This document shows, in pieces, positions 9,726 to 19,218 of a stretch of DNA of 64,000 nucleotides. The notes under the pieces are model-generated. The model was not told the origin of the DNA, did not search any database, and saw nothing but the letters and a program-made list of their open reading frames with translations. Source of the DNA: Verrucomicrobiaceae bacterium (lineage in GTDB: Bacteria > Verrucomicrobiota > Verrucomicrobiia > Verrucomicrobiales > Verrucomicrobiaceae); assembly GCA_016795465.1 (NCBI GenBank), contig JAEUHK010000045.1, forward strand, positions 39,785-103,784, written 5' to 3'. The position numbers and the translations under genes were made by a program. Position 1 is the stretch's first letter; every line of letters begins with the position of its first letter.

Positions 9726-10151
9726 ATGACACTCCAGTCCGCCACCGTTTCGGACTTTGCCTCCGACTACAACGGCAAGCTCTGCGTGCTCGGCTGCTTC
9801 GACACGCTGTGCGCCTCCACCTTCCCCGTGGTGCATCCTCAGTGCAGCCTTGCCGTTCGGCTCGTTTTTCAACCCGAGGACGCAGGTCATCATGAATTCA
9901 TCGTCCGATGCATCGACCCCACCGGGGCTGAATGCATGCCCCCCATGCCCGGCCCTGTTGAAGTGAGCTTCAACTCTACTTTCATCCCCTTCGTCTCGCG
10001 GAACATCATCTTCACGCTTCAGCGTGTGAAGTTCGACCGCCAGGGGCTTTACCGCTGGCTGGTCGATTACCAAGGCAAAACCATCGCCACCATCCCGCTG
10101 CGTGTCACCCAGTTCGACAGCAGCCGTGGTGCCGTCGGTCCCGCCGGTTAG
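9726..10151 (+). CDS. Conserved hypothetical protein (DUF6941-like)
   Basis: DFASDYNGKLCVLGCFD..FPVVHP pattern. Starts 3 nt after the CDGSH gene. Confidence 0.65.
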   Translation: MTLQSATVSDFASDYNGKLCVLGCFDTLCASTFPVVHPQCSLAVRLVFQPEDAGHHEFIVRCIDPTGAECMPPMPGPVEVSFNSTFIPFVSRNIIFTLQRVKFDRQGLYRWLVDYQGKTIATIPLRVTQFDSSRGAVGPAG

Positions 10152-11360
10152 TCACTTCCATGAAGGGCCGGCGGCCTCCCGCTGATCGATCCAAGCGGGC
10201 CGTTTGAGGTCTTTTTGATCCCATAGGAACCCTTTCTGATCGGCATAGCCATCCAAAGGTGCGTTGGTGAAGCGGATGTTATCCGCATAGACGTTCTCGG
10301 GGACAAGCGTGGCCTTCTTGTCGCCAGCGAAACCGAAGACGAAGGGCGATTTGCAGTCCACCACGGTGTTGTTGACCAATTTGGCGTTCTTCACCTGGAA
10401 GTAGCCGTTCTCCGGCGAGTCGGGAATGCCGAGCATGAAGCAAAACGCGCTGCGTTCCTTGTCGCCATCGAGAGCTTCGAGGTAGTTGCCGGAGACCACA
10501 TGGTCCTCGCCGATCAAACGGATGCCGCCGCAGCCTTTGGCGTGATTGCCGAGGAAGGCGTTCTCCTCGACACGGCAGCGATTGCCATGGCGCAGGGTGA
10601 GCGTGCCGGAGACTTCGAGGAAGGTGTTGCGGCGGTAGAGATTGCCGCAGGACTTGTTCGAGATGCACTCGGCCTCGCCATTGCACTTCTCGAAGATGTT
10701 GTGCTCCACCACGCACCGGCCTTCGAGCATCGAGGTCTTGCTGTCGCCGAGGCGGATGGTCTCGCCACCATTCTTGCCGAGCCGCTCGCGAGGTCCGAAG
10801 TAGTTATGATCGATGCGATGACGTGCCGGAGCCTTCTGTTCTGCATCCAACCAAACGACCATCGAAGGGCCTTCCGTGGTTTTGCCTTCGAAGCGGCAAT
10901 GATCCACTCGATGCTCGTGGCCGTAGATCGAGATGAAGCGACTCGACTTCTTCGCTCCACCGGCGGGAAGCGTGTTCACTACGGCACACTCGGTCACACG
11001 GCAGTCATGTGCCACCTCATCGGAGTCGATGCGCAGTTCGATGCATTCTTCACCAGCCGGATCTTTGAAGAAAAGGCCTTCGACGAGGATGAAGCCGCCG
11101 CCGAGTTGCACCCGCGAATCGCCTGTCAGCACGACCTTGCCGGGCGTTTCGGCCTTGATGGTCAGCGGCTGGTCTTCGTTGCCACCGGCACTGATGCGAA
11201 GCCGCGCGTCCTTCCACTCACCGTTTTTCAAAATGATGACGTCACCGGCCTTGGCGGCCTTGGCCGCGGAGTCGAAGGTGGCGGCATCTGTGACCAAAGT
11301 CTCAGCAGCAGAGCTGGCAATGGCAGATAGCAGCAGCAGGAAAGCGTGGATGGAGCGCAT
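10152..11360 (-). CDS. Polysaccharide lyase family 6 (chondroitinase B/alginate lyase-like), secreted
   Basis: Signal peptide, GDVIILKNGEW, HRIDHNYF, NGGETIRLG, EAECISNKS and GTLTLRHG. Confidence 0.88.
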   Translation of the reverse strand: MRSIHAFLLLLSAIASSAAETLVTDAATFDSAAKAAKAGDVIILKNGEWKDARLRISAGGNEDQPLTIKAETPGKVVLTGDSRVQLGGGFILVEGLFFKDPAGEECIELRIDSDEVAHDCRVTECAVVNTLPAGGAKKSSRFISIYGHEHRVDHCRFEGKTTEGPSMVVWLDAEQKAPARHRIDHNYFGPRERLGKNGGETIRLGDSKTSMLEGRCVVEHNIFEKCNGEAECISNKSCGNLYRRNTFLEVSGTLTLRHGNRCRVEENAFLGNHAKGCGGIRLIGEDHVVSGNYLEALDGDKERSAFCFMLGIPDSPENGYFQVKNAKLVNNTVVDCKSPFVFGFAGDKKATLVPENVYADNIRFTNAPLDGYADQKGFLWDQKDLKRPAWIDQREAAGPSWK

Positions 11361-11380
11361 GGTGGGCAGCATGAAGCGCC

Positions 11381-11665
11381 TCACATCGTCCGTCCACTGC
11401 GCAAAACGTTCGAAATCGACACGGCGACAGGCGAAAGAATCAGCAGAAAGACCAAAGCGGCCGCGGTGGCGATCAGCCAGGCCGTTTTCCGCTTCATGCT
11501 CGGCCAGAGGGAGCGAAGCATGAACGGCACGGTGAATTGCACGAGCAGCGTCGTGCCGAAAACGACCGGCCACAGAGGCTTTGGCGCGACCTGCGCCGCC
11601 GCGGGCTCCGCATGGAGCGTGGCGAGCGGCAGCAGCCAGCAGGCAACAGAGAGCACGGCACGCAT
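11381..11665 (-). CDS. Small hypothetical membrane protein
   Basis: Signal-like N-terminus plus two hydrophobic helices. Fills the gap between co-oriented genes. Confidence 0.6.
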   Translation of the reverse strand: MRAVLSVACWLLPLATLHAEPAAAQVAPKPLWPVVFGTTLLVQFTVPFMLRSLWPSMKRKTAWLIATAAALVFLLILSPVAVSISNVLRSGRTM

Positions 11666-11670
11666 GACGA

Positions 11671-12249
11671 TCAAAGACTGATGCCCGTGCCCGGATGCGA
11701 GCGGATGGCCTCTTCGGCGATTTTGATCGCCTGGTCCTGCATGGCCTCCCCCAGATCCTGCTGGTGGAAGTGTACCAGACAGCTTTTGCCATCCTTCGCG
11801 AACTTCAGCCAGAAGTCCGTGGACTTCACCCGCTCGGACGTGGCTTTCAAATCATCCCAGCGATAGGTCGTGGTCCCCAGATGGCTCACTTCCGTGAGTC
11901 CGGCAGAGCTCAGTATGACCGAGTAACCTTGATTTCCCCAGCCGATCAGCGTCAGCACGAGCCCGGTCACCGCCAAAATCACCCCCATGGCGATGAAATG
12001 GAAAATGGCCTTGATCCGCCCCCAACCCGTTCCGTAACCATACTCCATCGCGTAGTATTTCACGCGGCTATACATGACCATGATCAGCACGATGCCGCCG
12101 AGAATCAGCAGCGGCCCGGTGACCAGGAAGCCGGTGGTGTAAACGGGGCCGATGGAGAGCGTGATCTCCTGGCCGACCTGCTTGCCCATCGAAAGGAACT
12201 CGGAGGGCTCTGGCAGCAAATCAGCGAGAAAGGTGGAAAGATGGAACAT
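11671..12249 (-). CDS. Hypothetical membrane protein (2 TM plus PH-like soluble tail)
   Basis: Two TM segments followed by the LSSAGLTE..TTYRWDDL pattern. Confidence 0.65.
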   Translation of the reverse strand: MFHLSTFLADLLPEPSEFLSMGKQVGQEITLSIGPVYTTGFLVTGPLLILGGIVLIMVMYSRVKYYAMEYGYGTGWGRIKAIFHFIAMGVILAVTGLVLTLIGWGNQGYSVILSSAGLTEVSHLGTTTYRWDDLKATSERVKSTDFWLKFAKDGKSCLVHFHQQDLGEAMQDQAIKIAEEAIRSHPGTGISL

Positions 12250-12329
12250 GAAGCGCGAAAGAGGATGCCGGGAGGCCATCCGCGCTTAGCATGGCGCTGG
12301 AATCCCCTTTCGACAACCCTCCATCCAGC

Positions 12330-12695
12330 ATGTTTCAGACCGGCCAGAAAGTCGTGTGCATCAATGACGAGTTCGCCCCATGGGTCTATGACCTCTACCG
12401 GGCATTGCCCAAGAAAGATCATACTTACACGATCCGCTCCGTGGCCATCGGCCGCTCGAATCCGAAGTTTCAGGTGAACGACGACGCGGAAATCAAAATG
12501 ACCGACGCGGACTTCGATGTGCTCGTGTTACTGGAAGAGCTCATCAATCCCGAGGACCCGCACTCCAGCGTGCGGCAGGAACTCGGCTTCCGCGGTGAAC
12601 GTTTCGCGCCGATGCTTTCCGAGGATGTGGAAGAGGAGGCTGAGGCCTGGGTCGATCCGCCGCAGCGTCGCGAACGCGAGCTCGTGGACGTTTGA
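12330..12695 (+). CDS. Small hypothetical protein, possible SH3-like beta barrel
   Basis: MFQTGQKVVCINDEF...YTIRSV...GFRGERFAP. Typical host codon usage. Confidence 0.65.
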   Translation: MFQTGQKVVCINDEFAPWVYDLYRALPKKDHTYTIRSVAIGRSNPKFQVNDDAEIKMTDADFDVLVLLEELINPEDPHSSVRQELGFRGERFAPMLSEDVEEEAEAWVDPPQRRERELVDV

Positions 12696-12735
12696 GCCGC
12701 CTTTCTCACCATCCAGACGGTGGGATGCGCTCCGG

Positions 12736-12791
12736 GTTGTAGCCGGGGGCACTGACCCCGGACCGCCTGGCTCAATGAGCCAGGCTACAAC
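12736..12791. repeat. GTAG-type REP doublet (REPIN-like)
   Basis: GTTGTAG-CCGGGGgcacTGACCCCGG, accg, CCTGGCTCAaTGAGCCAGG-CTACAAC: two internal palindromes in inverted orientation with GTAG/CTAC ends. Confidence 0.75.
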
Positions 12792-12803
12792 AGGTCTAAG
12801 CGC

Positions 12804-14117
12804 TCAGCCCGGACGCTGGCTTTGCGCCCAGGCGATGGCCTGCTCCTTCGTGGTCAGTTGACCTTCAAGTTGCAGCGTCTGGATGTCATTGAGCACCCGG
12901 CCCAGCTCCGGTCCGGCGGGCCAGCCGAGCTGCATGAGGTCAGCACCATTCACCAGACGCGGCGGCACCAGCGGGGCATTGGCAAACTCCTCCCTCTTCG
13001 CGAGCATGAACTCGTAGTTGTCGAGCTTCCCGTTGCTGCCGAGGCAGTCCACGCGATGCAGGGCCAGCTCGTCATCCATCGTCGGGCGGCTGAGCATGCG
13101 CTTCAGCGTGGCTGTGCGCATCTTTTTCACCTCCATGAAGGTCATGTGATGCTCCACGGCCACCACCGTGGGCTCGATCACGTCGTTCGGGAACTTCATG
13201 CGGCGCATGATGGTGCTCGTCATCTCCGCACCGAGCTTGTCGTGACCATTGAAGCGAATACGTCCCGTGTCCGCATCCCGCGTTTGCGTGGCCGGTTTGG
13301 CGATGTCGTGCAAAAGCACGCTCATCACCAACGGCAGGCTGACCTGCGCCGGCAGCAGGCTGAGCATCAGGCGGGTGTGCACAAACACGTCTCCCTCTGG
13401 ATGAAACTGCGGCGGCTGCTCACAGCCCTGCAACGCGAGGATTTCCGGCAGGATTTGCGCCATGAGGCCGGAATTCACGAGCAGGTCGAAACCACGCACG
13501 CGATTCTCGTGCAGCATGATCTTGATGAACTCCTCGCGGATGCGCTCGATGCTCACGCTGCTGATTTTATCCGCCAAACCGCACACGGATTCCCAAGTCG
13601 CATGCTCGATGTCAAAGCCGAGCACCGTGGCGAAACGCACGGCCCGCATGAGACGCAGTCGATCCTCTTCAAAACGCTTCGCTGGAACGCCAATCGCCCG
13701 CAGCAGGCCCATTTTGAGGTCGTTTTGCCCGCCCACATGGTCGATGACCTTGTTGGCCAGCGGATCGTAAAACAGGCCGTTCACCGTGAAATCACGCCGC
13801 TCGGCATCCATCTCCGGTGTGGAATAGGTCACGCTGTCAGGCCGGCGACCATCGGAGTAGCTGCCATCACTGCGAAAGGTGGCCACTTCGACAAAATCAT
13901 GCTCCCCTGCCCTCACGACGACGACGCCAAAATGCGCCCCGACGGTCTTCGCGCCTGGAAATAACTTCACCACCTGCTCCGGGCGGGCACTGGTGGCCAC
14001 ATCATAGTCTTTCGGATCGCGGCCCAGCAGCATGTCACGCACGCAACCACCCGCCAGCAAGGCCACGTGGCCCGCCGTAGTGAGTTTTTGAATGATCTGG
14101 ATGGCTGCCTCACGCAT
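12804..14117 (-). CDS. CCA tRNA nucleotidyltransferase with HD domain
   Basis: AGGCVRD..PKDYDVAT, RRDFTVNGL, RFEEDRLRLMRAVRF, HPEGDVFVHT and LLHDIAKP. Confidence 0.92.
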   Translation of the reverse strand: MREAAIQIIQKLTTAGHVALLAGGCVRDMLLGRDPKDYDVATSARPEQVVKLFPGAKTVGAHFGVVVVRAGEHDFVEVATFRSDGSYSDGRRPDSVTYSTPEMDAERRDFTVNGLFYDPLANKVIDHVGGQNDLKMGLLRAIGVPAKRFEEDRLRLMRAVRFATVLGFDIEHATWESVCGLADKISSVSIERIREEFIKIMLHENRVRGFDLLVNSGLMAQILPEILALQGCEQPPQFHPEGDVFVHTRLMLSLLPAQVSLPLVMSVLLHDIAKPATQTRDADTGRIRFNGHDKLGAEMTSTIMRRMKFPNDVIEPTVVAVEHHMTFMEVKKMRTATLKRMLSRPTMDDELALHRVDCLGSNGKLDNYEFMLAKREEFANAPLVPPRLVNGADLMQLGWPAGPELGRVLNDIQTLQLEGQLTTKEQAIAWAQSQRPG

Positions 14118-14165
14118 GCGGCCATCGTGGCGAGTGCGGCGGCGGCGGCAAGCGATAGGGCCGCA

Positions 14166-15263
14166 TCAATCGCTGTGACCAGGCACCGGCAGGCCACTCG
14201 GCACGCGCTCAGGCACACGGTGGTCATAGTCGTCACTGCTTAGTGCCTGCAAAAAGGCCAGGATGGCCTCGTGGTCCTCCGGCAGCAGGTTCAAACGACG
14301 AAGCAAGGGATCTAGCGGCGGCAGCGAGGCATCATCGCCGCCATCCAGCGTCTCGGCGGCATGATCCATGAGGCGGTCGTAAAAGAGCATTACCTCCTCC
14401 AATGTCCGCACGCTGCCATTGTGCATGTAGGGCGCAGTGTGGCGCAGCTCGCGCAGCGTGGGCGTGCGAAACTCCCGACGGTTCGTTGTGGCATCCGTCA
14501 CGCCGAGCGCGTGCAGTTTGAAGTCTGAAAACATCGGCCCGTTGTGGCAAAGGGCGCAGCCTGCCCGCTGAAAGGCCTCCATGCCGCGCTGCTGCATCGC
14601 CGTCATGGCCGTCTTGTCTCCTCGCATGAAGCGATCCAATGGCGTCTCCGTGGTGATGAGCGTGCGTTCGTAGGCCGCGATGGCTTGCGCCACCTTCTCC
14701 GCGGTGATTTCGCCTTCAAACCGCCGCTGATACTCCGGGATCGTACGCAAACGCTCCACCATCCGCGGCACAGCCTCGGCCTCGGCGACACCTTCGCCGC
14801 GCATTTCCTCGCGGGCACGGATCGGGCCAAAGAGCTGCTCTTCGAGACCTTCGACGCGATTGTCCCAAAACATCGGCGCTTGGGCCGGATGATGCGGTTG
14901 ATCGAGTTGAAGACCATTGAAGGCCGCGTTCAGCACCGTCGGCGCATTGCGATGCATCGGCAGAAAGCTGGCCCCCTCCGCCAGCCGACGCTTTGGCCCG
15001 ATGCCGATTCCATGCACGCCGAGCGAGGTCGCGCGGCCATCCGCCCAGCCATGCTGCGGATGATGACACGTCGCGCAGGCCACCTCGTGCGTCGCCGAGA
15101 GGATCGGATCAAAGAACAGCAACCGCCCCAGCGCGACCTTTTCCGGCGTGTCACCCGGCAGCGCGGCACTCAGCGGCAGAGCCCCCACCCGCTGATCCGG
15201 CAATGCCTCCTCCGCGCCGTGGCACAGCACGGCCAGCAGGAGCATGGCGAGGAGACGAATCAT
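14166..15263 (-). CDS. Di-heme cytochrome c peroxidase (CCP/MauG family)
   Basis: LGRLLFFDPILS, CATCH, CALCH and FRTPTLR..TAPYMHNG. Confidence 0.9.
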   Translation of the reverse strand: MIRLLAMLLLAVLCHGAEEALPDQRVGALPLSAALPGDTPEKVALGRLLFFDPILSATHEVACATCHHPQHGWADGRATSLGVHGIGIGPKRRLAEGASFLPMHRNAPTVLNAAFNGLQLDQPHHPAQAPMFWDNRVEGLEEQLFGPIRAREEMRGEGVAEAEAVPRMVERLRTIPEYQRRFEGEITAEKVAQAIAAYERTLITTETPLDRFMRGDKTAMTAMQQRGMEAFQRAGCALCHNGPMFSDFKLHALGVTDATTNRREFRTPTLRELRHTAPYMHNGSVRTLEEVMLFYDRLMDHAAETLDGGDDASLPPLDPLLRRLNLLPEDHEAILAFLQALSSDDYDHRVPERVPSGLPVPGHSD

Positions 15264-15341
15264 ATCGGGAAGCAGCTACGCCCGCCACGCGGGGGATTTC
15301 GCGTTGACTTTGCATCCCAGCCCCGCACTCATCCGCCCACC

Positions 15342-15977
15342 ATGCCGAAAACCACCCTCTCCAAAGAAGAAACCACCGCCATGCTCATCCAGGCCTGCGA
15401 TGCCATCATCGCCGCCGAGCCCATGCTCTCCGAGGCGGATCGCAATCTCGGCGATGGCGACCACGGTCTCGGCATGCAGCGTGGTATGACCGCCGCCAAG
15501 GACAAGCTCAACGCCGCCCCGCCGGACAGCGTGGAAAAAGCCTTCTCCACCGTCGGCATGGCCATGATGAGCAGCATGGGCGGCGCCAGCGGCGCGATCT
15601 TTGGCACCTTCTTCCGCAATGGCGGCAAGGCCCTCGCGGGCAAGGACACCCTCGATGCCGCCGGCCTCGCCGCGTTCTTCCAGGCCGGTGTCGATGGCGT
15701 GAAGCAACGCGGTGGTGCCGCCGTGGGTGACAAAACCTGCGTCGATGCCATGGAGCCCGCCGCTCAAAAGGCCGCTGAAGTCGCCAACGCCGCCCTCGCC
15801 GATGCCATCACCGCCATCGCCGCCGCCACCGAGGCTGGTAAGGAGGCCAGCAAGGCGATGGTCGCCAAATTTGGCCGTGCCAAAACGCTTGGCGAGGCCT
15901 GCATCGGCTTTCCGGATGCCGGTGCCTGCTCCGTCGTCGTCATCGTGAATGCGATGCGCGACTACATCACCGCGTGA
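15342..15977 (+). CDS. dhaL: Dihydroxyacetone kinase ADP-binding subunit (DAK2 domain)
   Basis: GDGDHG, GGASGAIFGTFF, GDKTCVDA, AKFGRA and PDAGA. Start at MPKTTL. Confidence 0.9.
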   Translation: MPKTTLSKEETTAMLIQACDAIIAAEPMLSEADRNLGDGDHGLGMQRGMTAAKDKLNAAPPDSVEKAFSTVGMAMMSSMGGASGAIFGTFFRNGGKALAGKDTLDAAGLAAFFQAGVDGVKQRGGAAVGDKTCVDAMEPAAQKAAEVANAALADAITAIAAATEAGKEASKAMVAKFGRAKTLGEACIGFPDAGACSVVVIVNAMRDYITA

Positions 15978-16962
15978 CACCCTGCCAAGCGGCCCAAAAC
16001 GATTCCGTTTGGGCCGCATCGGGGCGAATTTCGATGATGACAGGCTCTGCGGGAAGTTCCGTCAGTTCCGATGGCGCAGATGCAATGCGGTAGTGCATGC
16101 CCCAAAGCTGCGCGAAAGGCTCAAAGCTCATCGCGTGGCGGTTTTCGATGACCTCGCGGGCCTTGTCCGGCAGGTCACGCAGCGATGCCACACGGGAGAA
16201 GATCTTCCCGCCACCATTGTTGATGATGACGATGCGGAGCTTCCGGCTTTCCATCTGCTCGATGATCCATGGTGCAGCGAGGTCGTAGAGGGCGCTGAGA
16301 TCACCGAGGATGAGCCAGGACTCGCCGGTGTGCGAAGCGACGACGCCGAGGAAGGTGGAGATGAGACCGTCAATGCCGTTCGCGCCGCGGTTGGCGTAGA
16401 AATGGACATTTTCCGCCGGCACCTGCATGGCGAGGTTCCATTCGCGAATGGGCAGGCTGTTGCCGAGAAAGACTCGCGAGCCTGCTGGCAGAGCTTTTAG
16501 CAGGTGACGCATCCAAGCAGGCTCGGAAAGCGGGAAGGCCTCGAAGTCGGGCGAGATGGCATTGGGCTGCGAAAAGGTCGATGAAGTCAGTTTGAGATCT
16601 GAAAGGGCCTCCAGCGGATGCGTCGTGACGTTTTCCTTCCGAGCGAGTCCGGGAAAAGGAGCACGCGAATAGCTGGTGACGGCCACTTCGGGTCTGTTTT
16701 CGAGATCACGCCAGAAGCGCCAGCTCGGCACGGCACCGATGCGGAGGATGTTTGTGGCCTGACAGGCCTTCAATGCTTGCTCACCGCCCTGCACGAGCAG
16801 CGGATGGAGTTCGGGAAAGAGGTGCAGATTCGCCGTGGCCTCGGCGACGATAGGTGCGCCGAGTTTGACCAGCACCGAAGCCACCCGCGCCGAATCGTCC
16901 GGATGCAATCCGGCGGCGAGAACAAGGTCGAAGGAGGTGTCGGTGGTCACGCACGCTTTCAT
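15967..16962 (-). CDS. menD: MenD-like ThDP enzyme, middle and C-terminal domains only
   Basis: GNSLPIRE, NRGANGIDGLISTFLG, LGDLSALYDL and IINNGGGKIF. Only ~331 aa, with no N-terminal PYR domain. Confidence 0.75.
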   Translation of the reverse strand: MKACVTTDTSFDLVLAAGLHPDDSARVASVLVKLGAPIVAEATANLHLFPELHPLLVQGGEQALKACQATNILRIGAVPSWRFWRDLENRPEVAVTSYSRAPFPGLARKENVTTHPLEALSDLKLTSSTFSQPNAISPDFEAFPLSEPAWMRHLLKALPAGSRVFLGNSLPIREWNLAMQVPAENVHFYANRGANGIDGLISTFLGVVASHTGESWLILGDLSALYDLAAPWIIEQMESRKLRIVIINNGGGKIFSRVASLRDLPDKAREVIENRHAMSFEPFAQLWGMHYRIASAPSELTELPAEPVIIEIRPDAAQTESFWAAWQGVTR

Positions 16963-16993
16963 ACCCTGCCCTGCCCGGCTTCCAAGCAGCGAT

Positions 16994-18055
16994 TCATTTC
17001 CCACGCAGCACTTTTTCGATCAGTGCATACGCCTCGAAACGCTCCGCGTCCGGGAAGTCGTGCTCCGAATCCGGATGGCGCACGAGGATGCGCCCGCCCG
17101 CGTCATGCAGGCGATACACGGGTTCCGCGGCGGCGACGATGCGGTCCACGCTGTCGTGGCGGAAGTTGGCGTCCCGCAGCGGCGCATTGATGAAAAGATG
17201 CCGCGGCGCGAGAGCGGCGATGAGCTCGTAATAATCCCACGGCACGTCCTGCGGATGGCCGAGATAGTTCTCCATCTTCAGCATGTAGCGCTCCTGCACA
17301 TAGCCTTTGATGTTTCCACCGTAGTAGTCGAGCAGCGAGTCAAAGCCACAGCTCGTGACGACGACCTTGATGCGTGGCTCAAAGCTGGCGGTGAAGATCG
17401 AATTATGCCCGCCGAGCGAGTGACCGATGGTGGCAAAGCCAACGCTGGCATCGACGAAGGGCAGTGTTTCGAGATAATCGAGTCCGCGGATGTTGTCCCA
17501 AATGGCCTTCATGGTGCCGCTGGGCATGTTCAGCGCATTGAGATCGGGCTGATACTTTGCCAGCAGCGGATAGCTGGGCGCGAGAGTGACAAAGCCACGC
17601 TCCGCGAGCTCGGAGGCATACTGCCGGTGCGGCTTCCCACCGAGACCGACGACCACATTGTGGCCGATGTTGTTTTCCGTGGGATGCAGACAAAGCACCG
17701 CAGGCGTCTTTTCGCCCGCGAGAGCCTTCTTCGGGATGCAAAGCCATGCTGGAACGCGTCCGCCGGGCTGTGAGCTGTATTCGATGAAACGCCGCACATA
17801 CGAGCCGCAGTCGGTCTCGCTGATCACTTTGGGCTCCAGCTCACACCGCATCTCTTTTCCGGGCAAAGGTCCTGCGATGGCCTGAAAGCCTTCGAGGGCC
17901 GCCGTGCGGCGCTTTTGCCATTCCGCGGCACTTTGGGCTTCTTTGCCCGAAGCATCGATTTGCAACAACTGAGACCGGCTGAGCCCGCGAAGCGGCGGAA
18001 CATGCTCAGCGAAAGCTGCGAGCGGCAGGAGAAGAGCAAAAAGAAGGCGGCGCAT
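16994..18055 (-). CDS. Secreted alpha/beta hydrolase (dienelactone hydrolase-like)
   Basis: Signal peptide, PAVLCLH, IGHSLGGH nucleophile elbow, ALAPR and HDF. Confidence 0.88.
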   Translation of the reverse strand: MRRLLFALLLPLAAFAEHVPPLRGLSRSQLLQIDASGKEAQSAAEWQKRRTAALEGFQAIAGPLPGKEMRCELEPKVISETDCGSYVRRFIEYSSQPGGRVPAWLCIPKKALAGEKTPAVLCLHPTENNIGHNVVVGLGGKPHRQYASELAERGFVTLAPSYPLLAKYQPDLNALNMPSGTMKAIWDNIRGLDYLETLPFVDASVGFATIGHSLGGHNSIFTASFEPRIKVVVTSCGFDSLLDYYGGNIKGYVQERYMLKMENYLGHPQDVPWDYYELIAALAPRHLFINAPLRDANFRHDSVDRIVAAAEPVYRLHDAGGRILVRHPDSEHDFPDAERFEAYALIEKVLRGK

Positions 18056-18105
18056 GGTTTCCCATACGCCGCCAGCTTGAAGAGACTCGCAGACTTCCGT
18101 GCGGA

Positions 18106-19143
18106 TCAATGCGCCTGCTTCAGGTGCTCGCCGAGGATGTCGCGGCCGAAGTCGCCGTCGAAGCTGCGGAAGACGCTGTGGACGTGGTTGGCGTCGTTTT
18201 GCGTGTTGTCGTATTCGATGAGGAAGCTCTTCCCCTGCACGCGGTAGTAGTGCGGCTCGCCACGTTCCTTGCCGCCGGCCCAGCCAAAGTGCACGCCGCC
18301 GGTCTTTTCGATCTCGGCGAGGGTTTCAGCGGCCAGCTCAGGGCGCATGCGCTCGGTGTATTCGAGGATGATGCGACGGAGCAGCGCCTTTTGAGTGTCG
18401 TTCATCTCGCTCTCCGGCAGGCCTTCGGGCTGCAGCGGGTTCACCTTGTGCTCGGCAGCGGTGATCATCTCCTTCGGAGCGACATCCGCCACGATGGCTT
18501 TCTGGATTTGAGCTTCGTTGAGCGACTTCACCAGCTCGCGACCGAGCTCTTCTTCCTTGCCGAGCACGCGAAGGCCGGTCAGCGGGCCTTGGCGGATTTC
18601 GCCTGGGTTGGTGCCCATGAACGCGGGCGAGCTGCGGATGAGCTGGCCGTCTTTGAGCGTGAAATTCAGCGCGAGGTGGTGACCTTCCACCCGCCAGCCC
18701 CAGGAGCCTTTCACGCCGGGCGTGCCAAAGATGGAGACATAGTATTTCTCGGGATCACGCTTCTCGCGGACGGCGGCACGCTTGGACTCATCCGCACCTT
18801 CGATCTGATAGAGCACCTCTTCGAGGCTCATGATGGTGACCGCTTTGGCGGAGCCGCGGAAGCTCAGGCCGGTGTTCAGCAAGGCGTGGGCCAGCAGACG
18901 CTGCTGCGGCGTCATCTCCTTCATCGGCAGGCCTTTGCGCTCGCGGGGGATGAAGTGCCAGTTCTCACGCTCCTCGCTGCCGAACTCGAAGGTGGCCTTC
19001 GCCTTCTGCTCCGGCGTGAGGGCGGCGAGGAAGGTGCCCGCGATGTCCGCCATCTGCTCACCGGCTTCATGAGCCTGAAGAGCGGGTGAAACGAGCAGCG
19101 AGAGGGCGGCGGCGAGGCCGAGGAGTCGGTTGGAGGCTTTCAT
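18106..19143 (-). CDS. DUF3500 domain protein, secreted
   Basis: WHFIP..RKGL, WGWRVEGHHL and YYRVQG..FLIEYDNTQNDANHVH. Confidence 0.85.
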   Translation of the reverse strand: MKASNRLLGLAAALSLLVSPALQAHEAGEQMADIAGTFLAALTPEQKAKATFEFGSEERENWHFIPRERKGLPMKEMTPQQRLLAHALLNTGLSFRGSAKAVTIMSLEEVLYQIEGADESKRAAVREKRDPEKYYVSIFGTPGVKGSWGWRVEGHHLALNFTLKDGQLIRSSPAFMGTNPGEIRQGPLTGLRVLGKEEELGRELVKSLNEAQIQKAIVADVAPKEMITAAEHKVNPLQPEGLPESEMNDTQKALLRRIILEYTERMRPELAAETLAEIEKTGGVHFGWAGGKERGEPHYYRVQGKSFLIEYDNTQNDANHVHSVFRSFDGDFGRDILGEHLKQAH

Positions 19144-19218
19144 GAGAGGTTGTGAAACAATAAAACGGGCAGCGGTGAACGCGGCGGGAGGCTCTTCTTT
19201 GTCAGAAGCCTGCCCAAA

